This document shows positions 1-11,707 of a stretch of DNA of 64,000 nucleotides, piece after piece; positions within the stretch are counted from its first letter, which is position 1, and each line of letters opens with the position of its first letter. The translations under genes and the position numbers were made by a program. Origin of the DNA: Rebecca billardiae RCC1528. Its lineage: Eukaryota > Protista > Haptophyta. Location of the stretch: positions 1,798,001 to 1,862,000 of the forward strand of contig OZ251231.1 of NCBI GenBank assembly GCA_965240325.2, written 5' to 3'. Below the pieces are notes generated by a model. That model was not told the DNA's origin and searched no databases. It was given only the letters and a program-made list of their open reading frames with translations.

Positions 1-591
1 TGGGCTCGGCGGCGGTGGCGGTGGCAGCGACGGCGGTGGCGGGCTCGGAGGTGGCGACGGTGGCGGGCTCGGCGGTGGTGGCGGTAGCGGTGACGGCGGC
101 GGTGGGCTCGGCGGCGGTGGCGGTGGAGGCGACGGTGGCGGTGGGCTGGGCGGCGGCGCCGGCGGCGGGCTCGGCGGTGGTGGCGATGGCGGCGATGGCA
201 GTGTTGGGCTGGGCGGCGGCGCGGCCGGCGGGTCCGGCGGCGGTGGGCTCGGTGGCGGCGGCGGCAGCGGTGGAGGCAGGAACGGCGGCGGCGGCGGTGA
301 GATCGGTGGCTCTGGCGGTGGCGGGCTCGGCGGCGGCGGCGGTGGCGAGGGCCGATCGCACTCGCTGCACGCGGCCGTGGCCGCCCCGTTCGAGCACACG
401 CCCACGCCGCCTCCGCCGCCGTCATCGTCGTCCCCACTCAGCCGACGCAGCCCCGCGGCAGCCTGCTCGGCTGCGCCGATCTCGTCACCCCGAGTGTGAG
501 CAGCCGAGTGCTGCGCGCGTGCTGAGGGGCGCAGGCGGCGCCGTGTCCTCCGATCTTCTTCTCCTCCAGGCTCGTACTCGGATGGGCACCA

Positions 592-664
<73 letters not shown>

Positions 665-1896
665 TCGTCGTCGTCGTCGTCGTCGTCATCCCCAGTCAGC
701 CGCCGCGCGCGCTCGCGCCCGCGCGCGCGGCCGCGGTCGCTCGGCCGCTGTCTTTCCAGCAGCCGGCGCCGCCGGTCCTCCTCGTCGCCCTCCTCGCCGA
801 GGCAGCTGGCCTCGGCGCCGGAGAGGAGCTCGATCGCGTCGCAGGTGTACGGCTGCGACGCGTCGTTCCCGACGAACACGTTGCACCGCAGCCGCGCCAG
901 CCCGTCCGACACCACCACCGCGCCGCCCCCGTGCACGGCGGAGTTCTCGCGGAAGGTTGAGCCATAGACGGTCAGAACCGAGGCGACCGATGCGACGGCG
1001 CCGCCGTACGTGTGCGCGGCGTTGTGCTCGAAGGCGCAGCGCGCGAGCACGACGGGGCAGCTACTGGTCACGTACAGCGCCGCGCCCGAGTACTCCACGT
1101 CGTGCTGCGCGAACGTCGAGTCGGAGAGCATCACAGCAGACTGGCAGGCGTACGCGCCGGCGCCACGCTCGCTGTCCCAGACCGCGCTCGGCAGGCCGGC
1201 GAACGCGCAGTGCGAGCACGTCCACGTGGACTGGAAGAGGTACCACGCGCCGCCCTTCTGGCCGGCGCCCGACGCGCTGAAGCTCGCCGCGTGCACCTCG
1301 ACCGTCGAGTACACGGCGTACACCGCGCCGCCCGACCAGGCGGCCACGTTGTCGTCGAACCGAGTGTTTCGCACGGTCACTGACGACGCGTACACGCACG
1401 CGGCGGCGCCCTGCGTGGCGCTGTTCCCGCGGAACTCGGAATCGACGAGGCTCGCCGTTGACTCGTACAAGAAGACACCGCCGCCGTCGGACACGCCGCC
1501 GTTGTCGTAGAAGGTGCAGTTGTGCACGCTGACACTCGAGAGCCACGATTTGAACGCGCCGTGCGAGGTCGCGTCGCGCAGGCTGAGGCTGCGCAGCGAG
1601 AGGCCCGCGACCTGATTGGCTTTGAGCAGGCGAGACGAGAGCCCCGGGCCAGGCGTGAGCACCGCCGGCGCGCTCGAGCTCGCGCTCGCGATCGTCACGT
1701 CGTCCACGTGCACCCACAGCGTCGCGCTCACGCTGAACGTGGCCGGCGCGAGGAGCAGCGTGTCGCAGGCCTGCAGGTCGGAGAAGGCGGCGGTGAGCTC
1801 GGCATCGGTGGTGACGTTCACTGTGCGGCAGGCCATCGCGGCCCCGCTCCCGACCAGCGGGAGGAGAGCCGCGACGAGTGCTGTGCGCGCGCCCAT
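1..1896 (-). CDS. Secreted right-handed beta-helix (Pmp/pectin-lyase-like) protein with poly-Asp tract and Ser-Pro (extensin-like) repeats; 3' end runs off the window
   Basis: Manual minus-strand translation from ATG at 1896: MGARTALVAALLPLVGSGAAMA (signal-peptide-like), then repeated GGA(V/W)Y...FxxN motifs (FYDNGG..DGGGVF, FRGNSA, FDDNVAAWSGGAVY, FEHNAAHTYGGAV, FRENSAVHGGGAV), D33, then (SPPP)n to base 1. Absent from the ORF track, presumably because no stop lies in the window. Confidence 0.85.
592..690 (-). repeat. (GAC/GAT)33 coding trinucleotide repeat (poly-Asp)
   Basis: Directly visible gtc/atc run, in frame with the 1..1896 CDS. Confidence 0.95.
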
Positions 1897-2895
1897 GGTC
1901 AATGCGACGGGCCACTTGGCCCAGCACGACCACTCAGCTTGAAGCACACGCACGAGCTGCTGTTTGGCGCGGCTGCTGGGCGGAAGCCCGCGTTTATTTT
2001 TGTATAGGGGTTGCTATTGCCCGGGTAAGTGATTGGGGCTCGAAATAGCTGCTTGTAGCTACGCGGGGCAGATGATTGCCAAGGCTTTATAGCATGCTCT
2101 TGAATGTCGTTTGTATGAGGGTAAGTCGTTGGCGAGGACGAAACACAAGCCCTGAGATGGAGGCAGACCCGGCTGCTGGCAGTCACACTGGTAACGGAGC
2201 TCATAGCGACCTTACACAGTCAGACACTGGACAGCAGGCCGCACAGCCGCCTGCTGGCTCTGCCAGGCCACCGGCAGCCCCCAGGCGCGGGCTGCCTCCT
2301 CCTAGTCAAGCGCAGCAGGACAGCCCCCCGCCCAAACGACACTGCCCACCCCGCCAGGCAAATGTGCCGCAGCGGAGCACGCTACCCCCTGCACAGCGCA
2401 GCAGGAAGAGGCGAGCGAACGACACCTCCCCAGGCGTATTAGCCATCGCCACCACTTTGCTTGCTTCCTACAGCGGCCCACGCCCGGACTTGATGCCCGA
2501 TGTAGCACACATGTCTGACATGACCCCCTCTGCCTCCATAGCTGCACGAGTGAAATACAGGCGCCTCGCTGCCAGGGCCAGTGGCCCAGACCCCTGCCCA
2601 GCTACTGGGCTCGATGACAGTCCCCTCAGCTCCCTTCCCCGCGCAGGGATCGGCTAGTGGCTGGCCCTCTGCCCACACTGGGGCACCCTAGGGGGTGCCC
2701 CTGCTGCCGACTCGGCTCAAACTCGATGATCTTGAATTGCAAGGCCGTACACTGCTTGTACCTGGGACCACCCCACAGTGTTGGGCTCGTATGCTGTTGG
2801 CAATGGCATACCCCCGCCCCCTCTGGAGGCGGGCTGTCCACAGTGGAGTGGTGTCAAGACACTAGGTGTCTCGGTCAGTGGTTTGAGGTTGGGTG

Positions 2896-2991
2896 AGGGT
2901 GGTGGTTGGTTGGGGGCTGGCCAGGGTAGGGCTGGAGGCTTCGGCCGCCAGCCTGATCACCCGGAGCCCGTTATAAAGGGGAATTTAAAAA
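2896..2991 (+). repeat. Dispersed 96-bp repeat ending in an A-rich tail (second copy inverted at 40402..40497); possible non-LTR/SINE 3' end
   Basis: agggtggtggttggttggggg...ttataaaggggaatttaaaaa matches the reverse complement of 40402..40497 with about one mismatch. Confidence 0.7.
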
Positions 2992-3154
2992 ACAAGCCCA
3001 GATTTTTCTTCGGCGGTTTTCGTGCGTCATTTGTTTTTCGCCATCGTCGTCCGATCAAGCCCCGCACGTCTGATCAGGCAGGGCGGTCGCTCGGCGGCTG
3101 CCTCGCGCTCTCCCACTTCACCGCGGGCGCACGAGCCCGGCCCGAGCGGCTCGC

Positions 3155-4471
3155 ATGAGCAGCACCGGCTCGTTCCGCCGGCCGAAGAAGGCGCCCATCC
3201 GCCGGCCCTCGGCGAATGCGGTCGTGAAGCTCTACGCCGGCGGCGGCCGGCCCGAGGTGGTCTTGATGCGCGCGGGCATCTCGCTCACCGTGATCTACAT
3301 GACCGCGGTGTACTGCATGTCGTTCATACTCGCGGTGTTGCCGCCGACGCAGGCGCTGATCGTGTGCATGCACTGGGTGAAGTACTTCACCTTCGCCGAC
3401 TACGCTCGCCCCGCGCGCCTGCACCTGCTCAACGTGCGCAACGTTCGGATCAACACGTCGGATGGACACCAGCTCGGGGCGTGGCACGGCCTTCCCGCGC
3501 GCCGCTTCGCGACGCACCACCTGCTGGCGGCGCGGCACGGCGAGGACGACGTGCACGACCTGTACGACGCCGAGCTCGCCTCCTCCGAAGACCCCCTCGT
3601 CATCTTCTTCCACGGCAACGCCGAGACGCGCGCAACGCAGCAAGGCCCGATCCACGTGCGCGCGATCACGGCCTACATGGGCGCGCACGCGCTCTCGCTG
3701 GACTACCGCGGATTCGGCGACTCGCGCGGCTGGCCGACGGAGTACGGGATGGCGCTCGATGCGCGCGCCGCGTGGGACTGGGCGACGCGCGACCACGGCG
3801 TGCGCCCCGGCCGCATCGTCCTCTGGGGTCACTCGCTCGGCGCGTCGGTCGCGGCGCGGCTCGCGGCCGACCTGGCGGCCGAGCACATCGCGCCGCTGGG
3901 CCTCGTGCTCGAGTCGCCGTTCCTCTCGACGCTCGAGCTGCTCCCGACGTACCCGCTCGGGCGGATGGTGTGCTGGCTCCCCGGCATCTGGCGGCTCGCG
4001 CGCTGGGCCCTCGCCTTCCGCCTCGACAACCTCGAGGCGCTGCGCGCGCTCGCGCCGTCGACGCGCGTGCTGCTGCTGCACGGCGCGCGCGATCGGATTG
4101 TGCCCGTCTCGCACTCGGACCGGCTGGCTCGTGACGACGGTGGGGCGGACGCGGAGGTGCTCTCGGCGCGGGAGCTGGTGATCCTGCCCACCGCCGCGCA
4201 CCACGACGTGCTCACCAAGCCCAAGGCGGTGCACGCCGTCTCGCGCCTCATCCAGGTCTCACTCGTCGAGCGGCACACGCCGATGGGCTCGTGGCAGGCG
4301 CGCATCGCGTCGCTCCTGCACACCGACACGGACGGCTCGTCGTCCGCGGCGAGCCGGCACGAGCTCGTCGACGCGTGGGCGCCCGTGCTCGGCGGGAGCG
4401 TGCTTGGTGGGAGCGGTGCGGCCTCGTACGTCGACGGCGACGAGGCCGGGCTGGACCAGGAGGGCAAGTGA
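3155..4471 (+). CDS. Alpha/beta hydrolase, ABHD12/ABHD13-like serine hydrolase with N-terminal membrane anchor
   Basis: Motifs FFHGNAETR, DYRGFGDS.GWPTE.G, WGHSLG (nucleophile elbow), LESPF, LLHGARDRIVP and C-terminal HH; hydrophobic N-terminal segment. Confidence 0.9.
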   Translation: MSSTGSFRRPKKAPIRRPSANAVVKLYAGGGRPEVVLMRAGISLTVIYMTAVYCMSFILAVLPPTQALIVCMHWVKYFTFADYARPARLHLLNVRNVRINTSDGHQLGAWHGLPARRFATHHLLAARHGEDDVHDLYDAELASSEDPLVIFFHGNAETRATQQGPIHVRAITAYMGAHALSLDYRGFGDSRGWPTEYGMALDARAAWDWATRDHGVRPGRIVLWGHSLGASVAARLAADLAAEHIAPLGLVLESPFLSTLELLPTYPLGRMVCWLPGIWRLARWALAFRLDNLEALRALAPSTRVLLLHGARDRIVPVSHSDRLARDDGGADAEVLSARELVILPTAAHHDVLTKPKAVHAVSRLIQVSLVERHTPMGSWQARIASLLHTDTDGSSSAASRHELVDAWAPVLGGSVLGGSGAASYVDGDEAGLDQEGK

Positions 4472-4703
4472 GCGCCGCGCACGCAGACTCGCGGAGCTCC
4501 ACCAAGCGAGGCCCCGTCAGCCGTCCGCCGTCCGCCGTCTGCCTCCGCACGCCGCGCGCGTGCGCGCGCGCACGCGCGGTGGGCGGATGGCAGGCAGGCC
4601 GGTTCGAATGGGCGGCGCCGCATCGACGAAGCCTCGGCAGCGTCGACGTGGCGCGCACTACTCGTCACCGCAAACCTCCGCCGGTGCGTCACATGCTTTC
4701 AGT

Positions 4704-6429
4704 TTATGGCCCGCGGTGCAGGGCGGAGCGCGCAGCGTGGAGCCCGCACCAGCGGGCCCGAACCACGTTTCAAAAAGATCTTTGATCAAGAAAAAAGGGA
4801 CGGGGGGCGATTTTTAGGGCTGGCGGAGACCGAGTTTCGAGTTTTTGAGATCGCATGGAGAGGTCTATTAGGCCGAAAAAAAGCGCGTCCAGCTGATTCC
4901 CTTAAGTAAAGTGCGATCTGGACGTCAGCTGGACGTGACATTAGTGTAACGGTTCGTTACGAGCGCGATTTTAAGTATGAGATTGCCGCCAACCGCCAAC
5001 CGATAAAAACGGCAAGGCAAGGGCTCGGGAAACTTGATCACTTCTAAATGTGAATAGTAAAATGCTCTCCCCGAACGCGCCTGTCGCCTCGCAGGCCGCA
5101 GTATGAGATTGCCGCCAACCGCCAACCGATAAAAACGGCAAGGCAAGGGCTCGGGAAATTTGATCACTTCTAAATGTGAATAGTAAAATGCTCTCCCCGA
5201 GCGCGCCTGTCGCCTCGCAGGCCGCGCGTCTCAGCGCCCTCTCGCTCCGCTCTCCCCGAGGCTGAGCTCGCGGCCCGCCTGTCACCTCGCAGGCGCGCGC
5301 CACGGACACATGCGCGACGAGATCGCGGCGGGGGCGGCGAGATCGCGGCGGGGGCGACGGGCAACAACCTGCCCGCGGGCGCGTTCGTCACTCGAGGAGC
5401 AGCGCGCAAGGGCGAGCCGAGTCCGGAGCACGCGAGCTCGTCGCTCGCCGACCGGAGCAGAGCGCGCCGCCCGCCGCCGCCGAGCGAGCGGCGCGGCAGA
5501 GCTGATGAGCCGGATGCGCCCGGAGCTCGCGCGGCTGAAGGGCGAGCACGAGCACGCGAGCTCGCGCCTCGACGCCGAGCGCGAGCTCCTCCTCAACTCG
5601 GTCGACGGCGGCGCGGAGGTCCGGCAGCAGCGTGAGGACTCACAGACAGTGTGAGTGAGCCGCGCGCAGCTCAGCCTGCCGCTGGCAGCCGCCGTCTTCG
5701 AGGCCGACGCGGCGGAGGAGGCGGCGGGCGAGCACGGCGGCGCGGTGGAGCAGGCGCGCACGCGCGGCGGCAGGCGCGACGCGCCGCTCGCCTCGTTCCA
5801 CCGCCCCGAGCTCCGCTCGGTCGGTCTCGGTGCGCGGCTGCGCAGCCGGCAGGCCGGCGGGCCAGCAGTCTGCAGTGGCGCGCGCTCTCGCTCTGCCGGC
5901 ACGAGGCGTGCCGGCTGAGCGACCAGCGGCCCGTCGTCGAGCGCATGGCGCAGGGCGAGTACCTCAAGCAGGTGCGCCCGCTCGCGCGCACGCGCCGGCT
6001 CGCGACCAGCGGCCCTTCGTCGAGCGCATGGCGCAGCGCGAGCACCTTGCAAGCTGAAGCAGGTGCGCCCGCACGCGCGCACGCGCCGGCCCGGCGCCGC
6101 GCGGCGCCTCTCGCCCTCTCGCCCTGCGCGCGCCGCCGCCCCGCTTCCCCGCGCGGCCCGTCCGCGCCTCTCGCCCTGCGAGCGCGCCGCCCCGCTTCCC
6201 CGCGCGGCCCGTCCGCTGGTGTCCCATGCCACCCTTGGCCGTGCGCGCCCGCATACTCGCGCCGAGTCCGAGACTCGCCACTCGGTCTCGGGTCTGACTC
6301 TCCCTCTCAGAGTGGCTGAACTGTCTTTCTGACTCGGACTGACTGACTCGTCAGTCTCATTCTCAACCACTGCGCCGCGGGCCCCGAACTGCGTTGGTTC
6401 TACGGAAAAGGACCGCGGAACGCGGTCAT
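4704..6429 (+). mobile_element. Non-autonomous Helentron/Helitron2-like element, copy 1
   Basis: 5' TTAT-GGCCCGCGGTGCA (4708-4720); 3' inverted TGCGCCGCGGGCC (6371-6383), then hairpin GACCGCG-GAA-CGCGGTC (6411-6427) and AT/T-rich flank. Ends are shared with copies 2 and 3; no TSD. Confidence 0.75.
4974..5225 (+). repeat. Tandem duplication, 2 x 126 bp, inside Helentron-like copy 1
   Basis: agtatgagattgccgccaacc...gcaggccgc occurs at 4974 and 5100 with about 2 mismatches. Confidence 0.9.
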
Positions 6430-6986
6430 TTTTAATAATACTGTCAACCGCCGCCAGTATTCGTAACATCATCAATATCATCAGCATCGTCAGCATGCCG
6501 CGATCGGCGATGGTGCGCCTAGATAGTAGCTGATTCGCGCCGCCCGAACCGAGTCGTCAGTTGAGTCAGCCGCTCGGGCGCGTGAGTACTCTGAGCGCCG
6601 CCAGCGGCGTCGGATGCAAGCATTCGTATATTGATAGGGCGGGGCGGGAGGGCTGCTGGCGGACCAAGTTTGTTCGTCCCGGGAAACAGCCGCCAGCAGC
6701 CCTTTCCGGTGGCGACTGCCCTGCCGATTCCCCTGGCGAGCACGGGTTTGTCGCCGTGACGATCGACATAGTAATAAATGGAATCTGGTGGAAATAAAAC
6801 AGGCCTACCGGGCTGATGCCTGATGAGTGTCTAATGTTGAGGCCGCCTGACCGGCGTCGCTGCCATCAGACATGAGTCGCTGAGACTGGCTCTGCTGAAT
6901 CTTGATCGGACAGCCGGGACTCCAATACTCATATGAGTCTTGCAGTCCCGGCTGTCCGATCAAGATTCAGCAGAGCCAATAATACT

Positions 6987-9019
6987 CACAGTAAAGAAAT
7001 CGATTTTCGGCGTTACCGTAACCCGTCCGCACTTCCGCCCAGTGGGGATGCGGGGGATTTTTTTTCATGCCGCGTTCGCGGCACTTCGCGCCGCCACAGT
7101 GGAGAAAGATCGGGCCGAAGCCGTTTGAGCATGGTCGGTTGCGCGCACGCCCATTCGAATCGATGGCGCGCTCCGAGCGGCGGGCATGCGCGCATGTGTG
7201 CCGCGAGGGGGGCTGCGAGGCGTCGGCCGGCTTGCCAAGGCGGTTCCCCGGGGCGGCGTCACCCTCGCCCGCCCCTCCTCGCCCACCCTCGCTCCACGGG
7301 CGGCCACACGTGAGCTGTTAAGATGACTTCACGGGGGCCGCGCGGCACGCGCGCGGAGAGGCGAGGAAGTGGTGTTTCGCGGAAAAACGCAACGTCGCAT
7401 TGTGCTCACCCCATGTGGGCACCCGCTCCACAAGTTTGTACGCCGCCAAACCGCACACAGCGGCCTGAGCAGCTCCCAGACTGAGTTTCGCTCTTGAAGC
7501 CTGTTTTTGGGCCAGATCTTGGTGTGGATGTAGCGCGGCGAGGAGGCGCCGGGCGCGCGCCCGAGCTGCGTGCTGGCACTCGCCATGACCCATAGGCATC
7601 GTCCGTCGCGAACGACCCGGCTCGCCTCGACCTCTCCGACCCGCCGGGCAGCCACGACCGAGCACGGCACGACAATGGCCAAACCGGGAGGCTTCTCAGA
7701 CCGCGCGGGATGGGCATAGGCGCGAGAGAGGGCGCCCAGCGCGCTCTTGAGATGCACAGGAGCACGCACTGATGCGTATGGAACCATCCCATCACGATCG
7801 CCCCGACCTGGCGCGCCCTATCTGGCCCGTCAGGCTGCCCGCGCCGCCGCCGCCGCGCCACGCCGCCACCACGGGCGCCGCCGCATCGCGGGCACGTGGG
7901 TAAGTCTGTATTCAACAAATACAGAATTTCCGGTGCGGCCCTCTGTTGGGCGGCAAGGTCGATCTGGTCGACACCCGCCACGCGGCATGGGCCACGGCGC
8001 GGCGAGGTGGCGGCTGGCGCACCGCGGCGCGGGCGGGATGGCTCGAGGACACAACCGCCCCGCCTCCCACGCCGCGCCGTGCGCGTGCGCCGTGCTCTCG
8101 TCGCGTACCGAATTTCCTGCGGCGAGCGACAACACACAGCGCGACGATGCCATCGCGCGACGAGGTGCGTTCGGCTCGGCGATTTGTCGTATTTGTTGAA
8201 TACATGCGGGTACGAATCGGACGCACGACGCCCTCGACGCACACGTCGAGAGCCACGCGCGCGGCGTGGACTGGCACGCGACGCGGAGATGGCGGGCGCG
8301 GTGCCGCGGGCGCGCGACTGGTCTAGAACAGCACAATGAAGCGCGGGACGGCGCCGCGCGCGTGGGCTCGCTGCCGTCTCCTCGCAGTCGAATATTTCTG
8401 TGCACCCTCCTACCAGGTCAGTCGACCGACTTGCACGCGGCATGCGAGCACTGCGTGCGGGGAGGAGTGTGACATGGCAGGCTGTGGCGAGGTGGATGGC
8501 CGTGCAGGAGTATGCTAGGAAGGGCCGCTCCCGCGCTCGCGCGGTGCCTCGCGCACGCCTCGTCGAGGACGAGCGTGTTTGAATGGCTCCGGGGAGGCCT
8601 GAGACTTTGCTTGTTCACAGCAGCGCGCGACAGGTGCACACAACGGAGGTGACGACCAGGCACTCCGGCGAGGGCGGCTGTGCTGGCAGCAGACTGCATT
8701 CGGAGTAAGATGCGCCATCTTACGCGCCGCTTCGCTTCGCTGCATCGCCGCACTGAGCAGCAGGGCTCCACGCTCACGAATGGCTCACCACGAGCTACGT
8801 GACCGGCCAGCCGCGTGCAACCCGGCGAGGCAAAGAGGGGCGGAGGGATGGGGAGGCTGGGTGGGATGTTGCAGTCCCATGCCCGGGGCACTCGTCAGGC
8901 GCCTGCGCGGCCACCGTAGCGTCTTCTGTGCGCTCGTGCGGCCCGCGCGAGAATTTCCCCGAAAATCGGCTCGTGTCGGACGGGTTACGGTAACGATAAT
9001 CCCGTTTTTGTTCACTGTG
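6987..9019. mobile_element. Non-autonomous CAC-ended TIR DNA transposon (CACTA/EnSpm/CMC-like) with 2-bp TSD (CT)
   Basis: Ends are CACAGT (6987) and ACTGTG (9019), both flanked by CT. Perfect 19-bp subterminal IR cgttaccgtaacccgtccg (7011-7029) / cggacgggttacggtaacg (8977-8995). No transposase recognised. Confidence 0.65.
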
Positions 9020-9191
9020 CTAGTACTACGCGGACCCGATTCGTCTGATCTGTAAGTGTAACCGTACCGACTCCGATGAAGTCTGAGGCTTTCACCTCGG
9101 GGGCTCGGGGCGCGAGACGCTGGGGAGGCGGGGTTGACGTGCCGAACCTGCTCACACCCGCCAGAACTACAGTAAATTAGAATACTAGAAT

Positions 9192-11335
9192 ATGACCGCG
9201 TTCCGCGGTCCTTCCGTAGAACCAACGCCGCAGTTAGGGGCCCGCGGTGCACCCTCCGTCGGCTGCTCGGCTGCTCAATGTCGTAGCTGCTCAATGTCGT
9301 ATGAAGATTTATAATGGGCCAGGCCCAGTGGCAGTGGCAGTCTGCGAGACGCGTCGCAAGTTGGCAGTCCAGCTTGCCCGCCGCGTGCGCCGCGGCCGCG
9401 ATCTCGTCGCCGTCCATGTCCTCGAACAGCTTGGCGGCGTTGGCGATGCGTCGGGACTTGGCGCGCTCGTCCGATTTGTTCATCGCACCCGCCGCCGCGG
9501 CGCCGCCATCGTCCCGCTGCGTGCGCTTGCCGAGGCGGTTGGAGTTGCCGCGCATCGACCGCGAGCGCGCCGCGTGCGCGCATGCGCCGCCACCCCGGTG
9601 CGCTCCGCTGCCAGCGCCTTGCGTACCTTACGGCGCCGAAAACGGATCCGGCGCTCAGCGTTGCGCAGCGCGCGTGTGTCCTGGTCGCACGCCTCGCACA
9701 CGAGCAGCAGCGCCAGCGCCATCTGCGCGTCCTCGTCGACCTCGGCCGAGTGCAGCGTCACGGGCGCGCCGCCCGCGCGTGCCGCCATCTCCTCGCGCTG
9801 CAGCTGCTCTGCGATGGCGCGGTCGCTGCGCAGCTGCTCGGCCAGCGGGTCGGGCGCGGCGGAGCGCTGCTCGCGCAGGCGGAGCGCGGCGGCGGACGTA
9901 CTCCTCCAGCGCGGCCTACTCGTCGTTCAGCGGCGCGCCGGGCCGGCAGCGCGCCCGTGATCGCCGACCGTCCGACCGAGAGCCGCGCGCGGCCATGTGT
10001 GCGCGCAGCTCCGCCGTCTCCTCCTACGAGAGCATGCCTGCGCGGCGGCGGCGGCGGCGCGGCCGGGGTAGCGCATGCGCGAGGTGCGTCAACAGTCAGC
10101 GCCGTACGGCTGGTCGGCGCGCCACGTGCCCGTCGCGCGCGCACGCGCGCGCGCGCGCCGCGCACAGAGCAGCGACGCCGGCAGCTGCAGGTTGTCAGGG
10201 GCCGCCACGCTCATCGTCGCGACGCGGAAGACGATCTTGAGCACGTGGGAGAACGGGCCCGACGCGTCCTTGCGCTGCACGAAGATCAGCTTCATCGGTG
10301 GCACCACCGCCGCCATCAGCTGGCCCCTTGTGCACCAGCTTGGCCAGGCGCGGCGAGCGACCACCTCCAGCGGCCAGGCGGAGTTGACCGCCTTGGCGAC
10401 AGGGTCCACGCGCCACACCGTCTTGGTGCGCGAGTCCCACGCGCCCGGAAGCGACGCCTGCGTGGTCTGCGCGTCGGGCAGGTCGAGAAGATGCGCCTCA
10501 CCATGATCAGGCTCAGCGCCTCGATCACCACCTGCTTCGCCGTGTCGATCATCTTGGCACGCCTTGCTCGCACACGGTCGCGTAGTGTCTTGCGCACGCA
10601 ACTTATTGCCCACCACCTTGGTTAGCACGTGGCAGCGGCGGTCCTGGATGCGCTGATGCACCTGGCCCGAGAGCAGCGGGTTGTTGCAGCTCGGGCAGAA
10701 CGCCCGCACCGCCATCTGCGGCGCCAGCACCTGCTCCTTCGCGTCGCGCAGTGTCGCAGTCGTCACGCCGCGGCCTGCGGTCCGCCGGTCCGCGCGTGCA
10801 CGCGGTAGAGTTTCGCCCGGTGTCGTTTCAGAACGGCCCGATGTCGTGCGTCCCCAAGCGCATCAACGCGTTCCGCATGCCGAGCCGGTTCGCGTGCGCG
10901 TCCAGGAATCAGGATTTCTGATCTGTCTTGCGCGCCCGCGCCGCGTCGCCGGCGTTTGACTGCGGGTCGAGAGGTCCACTGGTCATCGACTCATCGCGGG
11001 GAGCGATCGCCGGACCGCCCAGTCCGGAGTGGATCACTGTTGTCTGGTGCTGGGCGGAGTCCGGCCCCGGGCATTACCACAATGGCGCAGATTCGTTTAC
11101 TGACAATGTGACGGCCGTCCAACGACATACGCGAAATGACCCGGGCGCGGCCTTTTAAGCTTGGGATGGACAGCATTGTACCGTACCCCTCAAAATATCG
11201 AAAACTCACCCTCCAACAACCCTAAAAATCGTCCCCCGTCCCCTTTTCTTTGATCAAAAGATCTTTTTGACAACGTAGTGAGGGCCCCCGGTGGGGCTCC
11301 ACGCTACGCGCTCCGCCCTGCACCGCGGGCCATAA
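9192..11335 (-). mobile_element. Non-autonomous Helentron/Helitron2-like element, copy 2, carrying gene-like cargo
   Basis: Reverse-complement 5' end ...tgcaccgcgggccataa (11319-11335) with ~140 bp homologous to the 5' ends of copies 1 and 3; 3' subTIR at 9239-9251 and hairpin at 9194-9210. Confidence 0.75.
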
Positions 11336-11707
11336 GGGCTTCGCACAGAATTATTATACTTAAGTTCCTAGGCTGTCAGATCGAATATGAAGGACACAGT
11401 CATCATCAGTTAGGCCGGGTCGCTACAATCACAGCAATGTTATTATAATAAGGACTGCAGTATCATGATCATCGGTGACCAGTTTAATTCATCACCGTCA
11501 CGAGTGACTTACTGTATTATGAAGAAGCTCGTACACATTCATCCCCTTCTCTGGGGGCGGAGAGTCAACCGAAGCCGGAGCCATCGATGCGACGCGCGAC
11601 TAGCTCTGAAACACAGGCGCCTGCTGGTGCTGGTACTGCGGGTAGTGGTTTCAACACTAACAGTGCTGCGCGGGCACTCCCTCGTGGCTCGTCAAACTCA
11701 CTAGACA

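Noticed and set aside
15-1280. 421-aa plus-strand Ala/Arg-rich ORF
   Set aside because: Antisense shadow of the minus-strand beta-helix/poly-Asp/Ser-Pro gene.
8995-9019. RAG RSS-like heptamer/nonamer (CACAGTG-A-ACAAAAACG on the minus strand)
   Set aside because: The spacer is 1 nt rather than 12/23, the other end does not match, the TSD is 2 bp rather than 5, and no Transib/RAG ORF is present.
4704-11335. One 6.6-kb TIR transposon bounded by the inverted ~140-bp repeats
   Set aside because: Each repeat pairs with its own internal 3' subTIR and hairpin (6371-6427, 9194-9251), so these are two separate elements in opposite orientation.
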